Assembly (NCBI GenBank): GCA_010015805.1
Contig: ML978132.1
Location: forward strand, 186,001 to 250,000
DNA from: Rhizodiscina lignyota
Taxonomy: Eukaryota
DNA length: 64,000 nucleotides
Direction: 5' to 3'
Shown: positions 33,804-46,489 of the stretch, piece after piece
Position numbering within the stretch: the first letter of the stretch is position 1
Layout: each line of letters starts with the position of its first letter
Notes under the pieces: generated by a model
What the model was told of the DNA's origin: nothing
The model's input: the letters and a program-made list of their open reading frames with translations, nothing else
The model's database searches: none
Translations under genes and position numbers: made by a program

Positions 33804-36800
33804 TCACACTGCTCTTTGCGCGTTCGACCAGGTGTCGCACTTTCTCTCGAATCTCATCATTATCCGGACCATAGCCTGCTCCAAGATCCACAACATTTTC
33901 TTCTTGTACGATCGGGATCCATTGTCCCCAGCATCATTCAATTGATAAACCCGCTCCGGAAGGAATATTGTGACGGCATACCACCAAGCTTCCCAAAACA
34001 GGTCAAAGTCGTCTTCACACTCCTTCTGAAGTTCTTGGTACAAATTCATGTACTTTTCCAGCGCAGCATTTAACTCCGCATCCTCTTCCTTCATTCGCTC
34101 TATCTCCTTCTCTTCCAGAGGCGCAGCAAGAAGGAATGAATATGGAAGGTTCTGAAGATGATAGTCTGGATAACAATGAGGAGGATGTGGCCCCTACTTT
34201 TGGCATCTGCAGCAAGTATGAGCCATTCCAAGTCGATCGAAAATTTCGACACGAGCTGCGTTGGCGTAGATTTCCATCACATGCTCAGATGCGGCTGTCC
34301 GTTTTACCCAGTTCTCGAGCAATTGGAGCCTCTTTTGCCATGGATTGGACCAGATCTGTTGAGTTTGATAAGCCTGAAAATGTGCAGCGTGCTCTCGGAT
34401 CAACACAGTTGAAGGCATGCATCCCAATGGGGAGCAGAAACATGAGCAAATGTCTCTTGGCGGTTGTCCTGTCATAGTCGAGATATGAGATATAGCTTCC
34501 ACATTTTTCCGGTCCCAATTGTCGCGAAAGGCTCCTAAGAAAAGTGACGAGTCAAAAGAGTACGCAACGGCATGCAGATGGTGATAGCCACCAGTACCCA
34601 CAAATCCTCGGACGAGTGCTCCATGCCGTATATACCAATGCACAAGGTCAGCAAATTCAAAGTGCATAGCTAGTGAATTCAAACACAAGAGGAACAATGG
34701 TGTGGCGTGCCAAAGATCCTCGCGATCAACATCATGAAACCCGACTGAATAGAGCTTCTCTGCAACGAGTAAATTCATGGCGTCTCCATGATATACAGAC
34801 GCCCGCTTTCCGGCTCCTAGCCATGCTGGAAATTCGATGCGCTGGCGGCGAAGATGAAAGGTAATGGCCGGCGCGAAGGCATCGAGCAGGGAGTCCGAAT
34901 GGTAGAAGCCATTAAGATTCGCTCTCTTTAGCATATGCTCGGGTAAGCTCTTAATAACTAGCTCTTTAAGGAGTTTCCGTGAGAGGGCGACGCGGTCGAT
35001 GAGGACAGGAAGGAGCGATTGGGAAATTGCATTCGAGATTGCGTAAGCCAATACAGAGTCTCCATTGAAGTGGTACCAATGCCCCGGCACATGCTCTGCA
35101 CCAACAAATAGCCTGCTGCCTCGCTCGAGAAGTACCTCTACTATAGGCTTATTACCGCAAGCTATGGCGCAGTGTATTGCAGATGATGGATCCGCGCCAG
35201 CATCTAGCAATGCTTCAAGTGCTTCTGGCCAGCTTATGGCATAACAAAGCGGAGAAAATGGGGTCTCTTCATCGTATGAAGCGTGGTATCCGTTTCGTAT
35301 GTGTTCGCGAACACGGGAAATGTCCCGATTTATGATCGCAAAGCTCAAACTTGAGCACTCCATGTCTGGTTTGGATCATGTTAACCCTTGTATCAAATGA
35401 GTGAGATGCTCATAAGCTTACCTAGAGCCAAATCTATGTTGCGGGGAAGAAGTTCGATTGCCCATGATGAAAACTCCGAGTTAAGGACTGCTGGAGCCGC
35501 TTCGCACCCGTATGATGAGAGTAGTCTATCAAGACTCGGAGCTGCTGGATCCCAAAATGGAGTTACTCTGCAAGACTCTAGATTAAATTCAAGTGCTGTT
35601 TGGCTTTCACTTGAGCGGCCCGGTTCAAAAGCGCGCGAGTTTGTATCGACGCCATGTAGTACCAGAAGATCAGTGATACTTTTGAGAAACACGAAGACAG
35701 TCTCAGGAAGCGGTCGAATTCGGATCGTCATAAGAACCAATTCCTTGAATAAGAGTTAGAACAAGCTTGCCTTCCGAGGATCGTGATACTAACGTGCAGA
35801 AGAGTTCGTCCACTTTTTAATTCATCTTTGCCTGAGGCCTTACCATGGGTGAACGCTAGACGTAGGGTACGGTATAGCTGCCCCAACACGTTGTTGACTC
35901 TTAAGAGAGTATCTTGATCTGTAGGGAAATCTGGTGATGAATAGTCTGAACTCAAAGACTTCTCCCCTAATAGTCCAATTTCTCTTGAGGCATCCCGTAA
36001 CGCCATGAAGGCTACAGACGTTGTTTCGTCCACTATTCGGACAATTGAGATCATTGGCATGATTGAGAACGAGAATGTGCTGCGCGTCTGGACTATTTCT
36101 GCCTTCAGTCGATAGGAGGCAAACCACGGAAGCCGTAACCGAGCGCCCCAGGTGTGGAGACTGTTCGTCGAATGGAAGAGCGGGCATCCTTCGCCATGAT
36201 GTTGGCGCTGTTTATTGAAATACTGGACCGGCCCAAATATATAATTCCTGGCCGAAGGGCGCCTCGAAAATGAGCAAGTACACTCCGCAGAGTGTCTTAT
36301 TGTATCGGTATATCTATCGAGTTCGTGGTAGCTCGTGCCATCATCGATCGAGATTTTGCCAAGTGAATAGCGTATTGGAGTTTGATATTGTTGATTTATT
36401 AGCAGAGTAATCTCGTCAACTTTCATCCCGATGTCTGCCAGAGCCACGCTGTCCAGTGTTAGTGATCATTTGCGAAGACGTTGCCATCTGAGAACCTACA
36501 AGTGTTGTTGACTTGAAATAGCCAAATTATGATGATACCATAGTGTTAGCGATATTTGGAGCCTTTCCAATCGCTGCGTGCGGTCTCCAATCTCCTTCTC
36601 CTTTTCAAGTCCAGAGACTACTCGCCGCGTCCGCCGCCAGACATTCTCGCCCTGCCGTGGCGATATTTTTGTCAATATGGCATTCAGCTCCTCGATTTGG
36701 TGACGAAGATCTAATAGAATGCTCGCGAGGCCTTCAAGGTTGCTTATTGGCGCTATTGCGGAAGGCGTAACATGTGCTTCATCAGACAGGTAGCCCTCAA

Positions 36801-36966
36801 GCTTGACGACGATGATCGTGATGTGCTTGATGGATATTTCAATGTCTTTGATCTTCTGAGGGGCATCTCTAACGTCTCGATATAGTTTAGAGATTGCCGA
36901 GAGGGCTTTGTTTGCTAAGTCAACTGCCTGCGCCATAGAACAGAGTATGCCCAAGATTTCTGCCAT
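33804..36966 (-). pseudogene. HeLo-like (fungal STAND N-terminal) + ankyrin-repeat protein, 4 exons, one premature in-frame TAG
   Basis: MAEILGILCSMAQAVDLA...VRDAPQKI N-terminus; GRTLLH, SPLCYA...LLDAGAD, TPL ankyrin-like units. The C-terminal FDRLGMAHTCC...EEDAEL...FW region is in one frame across TAG 34194-34196. Confidence 0.75.
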
Positions 36967-37967
36967 GATAATACCGACAAGGATACGAAGAGCACTCAAG
37001 GAAGAGAATCAAGAAGATATCGTGGGAGTTAAGTGAGCTTGAGCGCCAAAAAACAATTAAAAAAAAGAAGGAAAGAAGAGTTCGTCTCTATGAAAGTAAA
37101 GGGTCGACAACCCGAAAACCAAATGAGGTAGACATGGTCATGCAGCCTGCCGACGGACCTAGCAAACGATCGGAGTTCTCTGCTGAGGAAGTTGCACAAT
37201 AGCTGCCCTTTCGTGTAACAGGCTATGTAGCCGGTCAATTTTCTGTCCCAATTCAAACAGATAGTGGGATGCGACCTGTCATTAATCAGCATCAGCGCCC
37301 AAAGCTGTCTACTGCTCTCTCCAGGCTCTAGCCACTGATTCGAACCGTTGTAGACAATAAGGCTGGTAGAAAATCTGCTGCTGCTGCTGCTGCCAAAAAA
37401 GGAGGTTTGTGAGAGAGGCTTATGACAGAGGCGTTTCTCGCTTTACTCGGTTGGCTCGTTATTATAACTAAACGCTGCTGAAAGTAATTCAGGCGGTACT
37501 GAGTAGATGTGTACTCCGTAGTTCGGCGGAACTTTGAGAAAATGAACTGAAACGCAGGAATCATGCAAGAGTGAAGCATATGACGCTATTATAGCATCAA
37601 TCGTGACCTCTAAAAGCATTATGGCCTAGAAAATCTAGCAAGTGGCCAGTCCAGTGGACTCAAAATGAGCGGACGAGAAGGAGGTGAAATTTCCAAACTG
37701 GATTCATGTGCATGTGGGTAGATCTTGCTTATATAAGCAAACATCCGGCCCAGTCATCAAATGTCTGACACTGTCCGTCTCTTCTCATTGATGATTTTCC
37801 TGTGTGAAAGATGTTATAGTCTGTTAACTCTAAACACGATAAAACAGTGGCGTGGTCTGCAATCTGTGTTCTCTGCTCATGATATCGCGGTGAAAAAGCC
37901 ACGTATTTTCCCACCTTTTTACTTACTTTCTCTCCATCAACCCTCAATCTCATAAAACATCTCCAGT

Positions 37968-40432
37968 ATGAGCTTTATCACGCTTGCGTCGGCTACCTTG
38001 CCTTCTGTTCCACTCGATTTTGGTGGCAACAAAGATCGCATCTTGGATTCGATTCGAATCGCAAAAGGTGAGAGATATGCCTGCGGGGCTTGGTAGACCG
38101 CCTCAAACTTACTCATGTTAGAGAAGGGAGCAACCGTGCGAACGGGTCCAGAGTTGGAGATCCCAGGATATGGAGCTCTCGATCATCACCTCGAAGGCGA
38201 CAGTTTGTGTTCCCTTGGGATTCTTCATGCCCACTCTGCTAACGTTAGACTCAGCGTTCCTCCATTCGTGGGAGGTTCTGGCCGAGATTATATCGAATCC
38301 GATATGCGAGGGCATGCTCTGTGACGTGGGAATGTAAGAAAATCCACCGGCACAGCTTTACTTCGAACATTCGCTGATTTACCTGATCAGGGGTGTTCGT
38401 CACAGGAACATACGCTACAATTGCCGTGTGCTCTTTACTTTTCGCAAAATCTATCTGATTAGACCCAAGATGAGTTTAGCAAATGATGTGGGCAACTTAC
38501 TAGCTGAAATGTTCAAGCAGCATGTTGATCATAATTGATAGGGACTGTACCGCGAGGCACGACACTTTACTGCATGGGCCAAGCCAAGAGTGTTGGAGAA
38601 CTACTATCTTGAAGAGGTCCGGGCAACTCCAGCTTCTGACTACCTCGAGTTAACTTCTTGTACCAGGTCATACAGCGTATAACCGGCCAAAAAATGGTAC
38701 CCATAGGTGACGGAATTCTGAGCACTGTCGACACTGCGCTCTCCTGTGAAAGCTGCGAGGAGCTCTTCGTCCCAATGTCGGTCTTCCACTTCCAGATATC
38801 GATGTTCGAGTATGCTAATACCACTCTATCAAAAGGAATCCAAGTATCGCATCTGGCCTCAATGGAGCGGAAATTATACTCAACTCAAGTGCGTCACATG
38901 CAGAACTGCGAAAGCTCCGGGAAAGACTCGAGCTCATCGCCAATTCAACTCGCAAGCTTGGAGGCATCTACGTTTACTCCAACGCTACGGGCGTCGATGG
39001 CGAGGCAAGGATGATGCATGACGGGAGTAGCATGATCATCTGCAATGGCAAGGTGCTCGCGCAAGGCTCTCAATTCTCGTTGAAACCCGTCGAGGTTACG
39101 ACAGCTGTTATCGATCTCGAGCAAGTGCGCTCCTACAGGTCGAGCATCTCAAGGAATGTACAAGCCGCTGCTCAACCGGATTTCCCTCGGATCGAATGCG
39201 ATCTCCGCCTGTCACGGCCGGCTGAAGACATGTGGTTCAGCGACGTGCAACCGTCGCATGAAATCGAGCTCAAAATCATGGATCCGATGGAGGAGATTCA
39301 TATGTCAACCGCGGTGTTCCTTTGGCAATATTTGTGCCGCACAAATTCCCCAGGCTATTTCCTCGCGCTCTCAGGAGGCCTTGACTCCTCAACCGTAGCT
39401 CTATTCGTTTTTGGGATGGCTAAGCTCGTACTCCAAACTATCAACGATGGCGAGGAGAGCACGCTGGCAGATCTCCGACGCCTGGTGGGAAACAAAAACT
39501 TCGTGCCAAAGTCGCCGCGCGAGATCGTGTCGAGATTACTACATACCTGCTATATGGGCACAGTCAACTCCTCCGATGAGACGAGATCAAGGGCGAAAGC
39601 GCTATCTGAGAAACTCGGAGGATATCATTCGGATATTAACATCGATGAGGCAGTACAAGCGCATGAAAGCATCATCGAGAAGACGTTGAACTTCAGGCCC
39701 AAGTACATCACGGAGGGCGGCAGTCCGCAGGAAAGCTTAGCGAGGCAGAACATTCAGGCGCGAAATCGAATGGTCGTCTCGTATGAGCTTGCGCAACTTT
39801 CAACTACCGCCAGGAAGCTACCTCGGGCCGGTGCAGCGCTGCTAGTTTTGGGGTCCAGCAACGTGGACGAGATCCTGAGAGGGTATTATACGAAGTACGA
39901 CGCAGGCTCTGCGGATATCTCTCCCCTCGGTTCGATATCTAAGACCGACATTCGGAGATTCCAGCGGTGGGCGATGGAAAAGTGGGATCTCCCCATCCTG
40001 CGCTCCTTCATCGAGGCGACACCTACCGCAGAGCTCCTCCCACTCAGCGCTGGCGTCCAGAACGATGAAGACGAGAACGAAATGGGCATGACGTACGACG
40101 AGCTGAGCGTGTTTGGTCTCCTGCGCAAAGTCGACAAGCTGGGCCCGTGGTCAGCGTATCTCCGTCTGCTAGGCGAGTGGAAGCATCGTCCAGGTTACGA
40201 GAACAGCCCGCGCAAGATTGCGGAGAAGGTCAAGCGCTTCTACAGGTTCTACGCCATCAACCGGCACAAGACGACCATCATTACGCCGAGCGTGCATCTC
40301 TCGGCTTACAATCCGGATGATAATAGGCACGACCTGAGGCCTTTCCTATACGTGGTGAATTGGCCGTGGCAGTTTGGAAAGATTGACAGGCATGTCGAGG
40401 AGCTTGAGAGGAAGATGGGGGAGAGACAGTGA
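37968..40432 (+). CDS. QNS1: Glutamine-dependent NAD+ synthetase (about 6 introns in the glutaminase domain)
   Basis: [19 protein letters not shown] (E-K-C triad), [46 protein letters not shown]. Confidence 0.95.
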
Positions 40433-41250
40433 TTTAAGAGAGTAGAACAAGTTGTCTGTCTGGATGCTTTCGGTCCTATCCATCCGTTGGCGACATTGAA
40501 TGTGTCTGGGAACATTTTCAAAGCGAGCACCAACCAGGTAGAATCTCCTGCAATCTGCCTGCTTTCCCCTTTCTCACACCTTGGCTCTGTCACGCCACAG
40601 CGCTGCGACAGTACCAGCAAAGCGTGCCTTCTAGACTCTAAACGACCACTTCTGACACCGTGTTCTGGATGGCTTCCCAATTCCCACTTTTTTCGATTCA
40701 GGGTGGACACTGAAAATCTCCGAAAGCAAGGAGGCTCAGCGATCGTGGTCCGTGCAATCTTGAACAGCTCAATTGGAGCACGACACGTAGTTGAAGCTAT
40801 AGGGTTGACTTTTTCCTTTTCAGTTTGGCTTCGTGCGTTCTGAGTCACAGTGGGCACATTGTACAGCATGTGGTCTTGCACTGATAATAGAGAGTTTTAT
40901 ATCAAGGGCCAGGGTATGAAAAGGAGAGTCCTAGCTTATGTCTGCCTGAAAATTGAGCAGTGGTGTCTTACGGAGGCACGAAAGAATCGAAAGGCAAAAC
41001 CTGGAAATGATTTGATTCTTGAATTGGACTCCTTGGCTGGGTCAGGTTCGAAGCAATGACGATGTTTGTCCCTTTCGAGAGTGCCATCGAGAGCTGCATC
41101 GCTCAATTGCCGACTCCGGCTGATAGCGGAGAGCTACGGAGTCTGTGTGATAACCTTAAACGGACAGGCACAAATGGTTGGCGGTTGTGCGTGCTCGCGA
41201 GTCGGCAGAGTGAGAGCTCGGTGAGGTAATGACAGGCTGCGGCATGCACG

Positions 41251-41972
41251 ACGCGACTTAGGTACCTTAGTACCTGCCGGACGATCTCGATGGACGCGTC
41301 CAAGCAAGGCGGGACGCGCCCAACGGCGGACCAATGCTGTGCTGCCATCGCCCCACTACCACCACCCACCCATGCGGTCATCTGGCGCACTGCACTTCAG
41401 CGCGGCACACTCTGAATCCCTCCTTTCACCATCAAACTCTGCAGTCTCTCAACGCTGCATTAAGCTGCATTCACCATTGGCAACATCCTGTCGATATTGC
41501 TCCGTAACTACTGGACGATTATTGGAGATTGGATTGTGGTAAGCATCTCTCGTGCCGCCAGCAACTGCCCGGGAGCTCCGTTAGCGCCATTCTTGAAACG
41601 GCCTGTGCGCAGGCAGGCCAGGGCGCATCTCCCATATCCTCACTCTGACTTCCCCTCTCGTCCGCTGCCCTATTCACTCTTCCGTCTGCTCACTCGACTC
41701 GCAAATGACAGCTTCACCTCACGCTCGACTTGCTGTATTGCTCAACCCCAACGACCTCAGCTACGGCACTGTATCATCTCGAACGACGCGTAAACAAAGC
41801 ACCGGCATCAGCAAATCACCGCGAGCCGCCGACCGACTTCAACACTTCACACCTCCCCGACGATAACCTTTCAACACCTACAAAACGCGATTCGACGCGT
41901 CTTTTGAGCCGCCCCGACATCCGATACCGCAAAACATACAAACCGACGGCTGCCGAGATGGCTAGCACGCGT
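41251..41972. promoter_or_regulatory. MCB-like (ACGCGT/ACGCGA) cluster with an overlapping forkhead site, 5' of the forkhead gene
   Basis: ACGCGT at 41294, 41786, 41895 and 41967; ACGCGA at 41251 and 41885; GTAAACAAA at 41790. Confidence 0.55.
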
Positions 41973-44204
41973 CGCGCCCCGACGCTCCAGATTTTTCAAG
42001 ATCCCATCATCTCTTTCGACCACTCTGAAGTCCACCAAGCCGAAGCAGCGCTCTATTCTGCACTTGGCCCCGCATCGCAGGACACAGGCATTGCTCTGAA
42101 CTCGTCATATCCGGAATCTAGTGGCCTGTCGCCCATCAAGACGTCGCGTCGATCCAGCTCACCACCTTCGCGGGCGCTTACAGAGGGCAGCCTCAACTCT
42201 GTGGTCATCCCACCACCTCAACAACACATTTTCGCGACCGATTCGCCCCAAAAGAACCCAATGGCTCCAAGATCAGCTGCAAACATGCCAAAGCTTAATC
42301 AGCCAAAGATCATGTTCTCGACTTTCCACGCAACACCGCCGGTTGACCAGGAAAACATGCGGCCGTCTTCCGCACACGGCCACAATCGGCCGCTTCCGCA
42401 ATTCTCAGACCCGCCGGTACAAGACTACAAGACGGGATCAAAGCGTCCAATGATTGACGCTGCTCCCCTTCGTGACCGCTCGAGCAAGAAGGCCAAGACT
42501 GTGCACCAGCCAGAAGAGCCTTCAGATGAGCCGATTCCAGACCCCTCCCAGATGCCTCTCGTCCTTGACGACGGTAAGAAGCCTCCATACAGCTACGCGA
42601 TGCTGATTGGCATGGCAATTCTCCGTGCATCGAACAGACGCTTGACCTTGGCACAAATCTACAAGTGGATCTCAGACACCTTCAAGTTCTACAACCCCTC
42701 GGAAGCTGGCTGGCAAAACAGCATTCGCCACAACCTGAGTCTGAACAAGGCATTCGTCAAGCAGGAGCGTCCTAAAGATGATCCGGGCAAGGGTAATTAC
42801 TGGGCCATCGAACAAGGCTACGAACGCCAGTTCTTCAAAGACAAGCCCAGTCGTCGCAACACTGCATCTGAGGGCTCTTTCGTCCAGATCCACAGCGACG
42901 CACTCCGCCCTTCTACGGCTCCCTCTTTCAGCAACATTCCATCGTCGTCGATGAAGAACATTGATTCTAGCCGGTTCCCAGAGGAGATTGAGCTCTCTTC
43001 AGATGCCACCATTCCTGCCTCTGACCCGGCCATCCACGATGGCATCGATGGAGACCGAGGCATGCCTCCACCGTCATCGCGCAACATACGCTCGTCGCCA
43101 CCTCCTGGCGAGATCAACTCCTCACCGCCTCCAATGCCGCCTGCAGCTGAGCGCGATGGAACTCCACCACCAGCTCCACGCTTTCCGTCCACAAGCCGCT
43201 CTGGCGGACGCAAGCGTAAGTTTGCTGGTCTTGGCGATAGTGGCTACTACTCGTCGATCGAATCCTCCCTTCCGCGCGGAGGCGCTAATGCTCGTGGCAC
43301 TTTCCTTCCTTCTGAGTTGGACGTGGAGCGCCCGAACATGAAGCGTGGCCGTGCTGAAGAGGAGATCGCTCGCATTCGTAGCTCTTCCTTCGACAGTCCG
43401 ACGAAGACACGTCCGGTGTTCAAGCAGCCTAGCCAGGGCCAGCTTCAGTCGTCCTCGCCTTTCCGTCCGTTCGAGGCGCCTTCGCGCACCCCACTGACAC
43501 CTCCTGTTGTCTTCAAGCGCCCAGCTAAGCCGCCACAGACGGTCTCTCCAAACACCAATCTTCGCAACCATCGCAAGCGCATCGCAGAGCTAGTCGGTTC
43601 TCCGGACAAGAGCCTCGGCGTCATGGAGGCCAGCATCTGGTCGCCTGCCCCGGCTTGGACGTCCGTCACAAATGTGAACGAGAATGCACTTGGCGGAATG
43701 GAAGACGTAGACTTGAGGAACGCTTTGAAGTACTACGAAGATGCCGAGAATGAGTTGTCTGCTGCTGCTCGTGGCTCCCCAGAGAAGCGTCCAGCTAAGC
43801 GTCCCTGCCTCGGCCGCGCGAATACGACGGCGAATATCCTTCAAGACATTACTGGATCCAGCACTGCCAATGCACGTCTTGCCCCAGCTTTCACGTCGCC
43901 AAAGCTCAACCCTGTCTTCCTCAAGTCACCCCTCCGCTTCGAGTCCCCACTTAAGGGACTCTCAACCGCGCCGCCCCTTGGCCCAAGCCCCCTACGCCCT
44001 GGTGCTTCGGAGTTCCCCGACGAGTTCTTCGGCGTGAATCTACACAGCGATGATTCTGACGAGGCCGGATTCGATATCTTGCAAGGCTTCCAGAAGATTG
44101 GTGCCGCGGCTCATTCTTCAATGCCGGCACCTGATGTACCCACCTCTGCTCCTGTAAAGGGTACCAGACCAGGTCTGGGCAGGAGCACAACCAGCCTATT
44201 CTAA
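41958..44204 (+). CDS. Forkhead transcription factor, Hcm1/Sep1 type (no FHA domain seen)
   Basis: KPPYSYAMLIGMAI...RLTLAQIYKWI...GWQNSIRHNLSLNKAF...GKGNYW; many SP/TP sites. Confidence 0.93.
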   Translation: MASTRRAPTLQIFQDPIISFDHSEVHQAEAALYSALGPASQDTGIALNSSYPESSGLSPIKTSRRSSSPPSRALTEGSLNSVVIPPPQQHIFATDSPQKNPMAPRSAANMPKLNQPKIMFSTFHATPPVDQENMRPSSAHGHNRPLPQFSDPPVQDYKTGSKRPMIDAAPLRDRSSKKAKTVHQPEEPSDEPIPDPSQMPLVLDDGKKPPYSYAMLIGMAILRASNRRLTLAQIYKWISDTFKFYNPSEAGWQNSIRHNLSLNKAFVKQERPKDDPGKGNYWAIEQGYERQFFKDKPSRRNTASEGSFVQIHSDALRPSTAPSFSNIPSSSMKNIDSSRFPEEIELSSDATIPASDPAIHDGIDGDRGMPPPSSRNIRSSPPPGEINSSPPPMPPAAERDGTPPPAPRFPSTSRSGGRKRKFAGLGDSGYYSSIESSLPRGGANARGTFLPSELDVERPNMKRGRAEEEIARIRSSSFDSPTKTRPVFKQPSQGQLQSSSPFRPFEAPSRTPLTPPVVFKRPAKPPQTVSPNTNLRNHRKRIAELVGSPDKSLGVMEASIWSPAPAWTSVTNVNENALGGMEDVDLRNALKYYEDAENELSAAARGSPEKRPAKRPCLGRANTTANILQDITGSSTANARLAPAFTSPKLNPVFLKSPLRFESPLKGLSTAPPLGPSPLRPGASEFPDEFFGVNLHSDDSDEAGFDILQGFQKIGAAAHSSMPAPDVPTSAPVKGTRPGLGRSTTSLF

Positions 44205-44780
44205 AGGCAATGCACTACGACAATGCCTTGGATCCTTGGACTTGGATCACCACTTGGAGATTGACGAGTTGACGACGGATGACTTCATGAAGATGATACC
44301 CCTGATTGACGATGTTACGATTCTCTCTTGCCGAATCGAGCTTGTCGTCGATAGGGGACTACATATGGGTTTCTTGTTCTTGTGCTTTCTTGATTTCTTG
44401 ATTTTCCTGGCGTTTTTGGCCAACACATCCTGGTCTTGATGTTGGTCTTCGGCCTGACCCGGATACACTCCTTTGAACGCTGACAGCAAACGTGTGCTGC
44501 TCCTATGCGGCAGCGATGGGTTTTATGTTAATATACGATGGGACGTTTTGCACGGGTTGAACGAAGGATTGAAGTGGATGGGACGTAATGCGACGGATAC
44601 TTTTTCTTTTTGCTCAAAATCCTGTTACGGAATCGGATGTCAATGCTAGGTCGAAATACGAAGTATATTTATTCTCAAACACTGCCGCTGAGCGCTCTAT
44701 CATGACGTGAAGATCTCTACGACGAGCTCTCATTTTCAGAACGCCTTCCATGCTGATAAAGAGTAGTGGTTGTCCAATCA

Positions 44781-45562
44781 TTAGTACAAAACGCCCTTGG
44801 TACTCGGCTCCTCGCCCTCCCTGCCTGGTATCTTACTCGTCGCCATCCTTATCGCCACCGCCAGCGCCTTGAAAGCACTCTCCGCCCGGTGGTGGTCGTT
44901 GTCTCCACGTATACAATCTACATGCAGCGTTGTGCCAGACGCTTGCGCGAAGCTCTGCAGGCAATGCGGTATCATCTCAGTGCTCAAACTGCCTAGGAAC
45001 TCTCGCTTCAGGCCGAGGTTTATGACGGAGTAGGGGCGGTTGGAAAGGTCAATGACGGCGCGGGAGAGGGCTTCGTCGAGGGGTGCATATGCGTGTCCGA
45101 AGCGCTGCAGGCCGGTTGTGGAGGTGAGTGCGTTGCGAAACGCGGTGCCGAGCGCGAGGAAGGTGTCTTCTGCAGAGTGGTGGTCGTCGACTGGTAGGGA
45201 GCATGGAGTCAGCCATCTTGTAATTCTCTTCAAGCAATTTCTAGCTCTGAAGACAGAGGCATGTGCGCCAATTGGAACATACTGTGCAAGTCGCCCCGAC
45301 ACCTCACCCACAGACTCCAGCCCGCATGCTTGGCCAGCGCGTGGATCATGTGGTCCAAGAACCCAATCCCCGTGTCTACATCTATGTGCTGCGACTTGGA
45401 CTTCTGCGTCGCATGGCCTTTCGCATCGCCGTTCACCTGGGGCAATTGCGCCTGCAGCTTCTCGAGGTCCGGCAACTCGCCGCCATCCAGGCTCAGGCTG
45501 AGCGCAATCTTCGTCTCGTTCGTGTCACGGTTTACCGTCGCTGTTCTCCTCTGCGCGGACAT
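44781..45562 (-). CDS. HIS3: Imidazoleglycerol-phosphate dehydratase (intron 45191-45282)
   Basis: [56 protein letters not shown]. Confidence 0.97.
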
Positions 45563-45755
45563 GTTGGATTCGGGCGGAGTGTGTGCAATTGCGAGCTACC
45601 CGTAATCTACTTGCGCTCTTGGGAAAAGTTTCTTGGTGAGATGACGCTAGGCGGGAAATTCCGCGCGCCGCTTTTGGAGGCTCTATAAATATTTTCTGGG
45701 GATATTTGCGTCAGTAGTTATACGAACTCGATCGGAGAACTAAGCAACTCCCACG

Positions 45756-46361
45756 ATGGCGTCTGAAAATCAGGACATGCCAGATGCAGGTGGTCCTGTG
45801 CAAGGTCTGACTGATGCGCGCGCGCGCCAAGAGGAGGAGAGACAGGACGCCATTCTCGTGGACGACGAGCAAAAGATTCACGTAGTATGTGGCAAGGGCA
45901 TTTACTGTGGAAACTACGATGTTTTATCATGCTAAGATTTGCAAGTTACCCGGCTCAACGGACACCTCGGCATCGTTTGAGTTTCTGCACGAAGACCACA
46001 CGCTGGGGAATGCGCTACGATACATTATCACCAAGAAGTCAGTCGAGAGCCTGCCAGTGCTACTTTTTGGGATTTGTCTAACCAAGCATTGTAGTCCTGT
46101 CGTTGAGCTCTGCGCGTACTCGATCCCGCATCCCTCAGAGCCGAAGATGCACCTAAGAATCCAGACGTTCGCCGATATGGGTAAGTCTCACTCTTTCCAA
46201 AGTCTCCTCACAATTCAATACCAACACCTACTGCAGAGGACAATAACGTCTACGACGTCTTGAGAAAGGGCCTGATGGATCTCCAAGACCTGTGCGATGT
46301 CGTGACCGAAAACTTTACCACGGCACGGGACAAGTTCGTGCAGGAAAATGGATCGACTTGA
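45756..46361 (+). CDS. RPC19: RNA polymerase I/III subunit AC19 (3 introns)
   Basis: EDHTLGNALRYII, CAYSIPHPSE, LRIQT, KGLMDLQDLCDVV. Confidence 0.93.
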
Positions 46362-46489
46362 CGGTATACTACAAGGAACTCAATGCATCTTCTGGCGTAA
46401 AGGGGTCCCAGACATTGGGAATTGGTGCGGGAATTAGCCATTCGAATTCAGTATGTACAGTGTGGCTTTGGGGACTGTTCTAGATACCC

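Noticed and set aside
37375..37393. (CTG)6 microsatellite; also a 13-bp tandem repeat at ~59566-59592
   Set aside because: Ordinary short slippage repeats with no sign of function.
38068..38835. Apparent frameshifts in the NAD synthetase 5' half
   Set aside because: Each break is explained by a short GT-AG intron that restores the conserved motifs.
40306..41100. 191-aa minus ORF overlapping the NAD synthetase 3' end
   Set aside because: No motif, non-ATG start and overlap with a real gene; unsupported.
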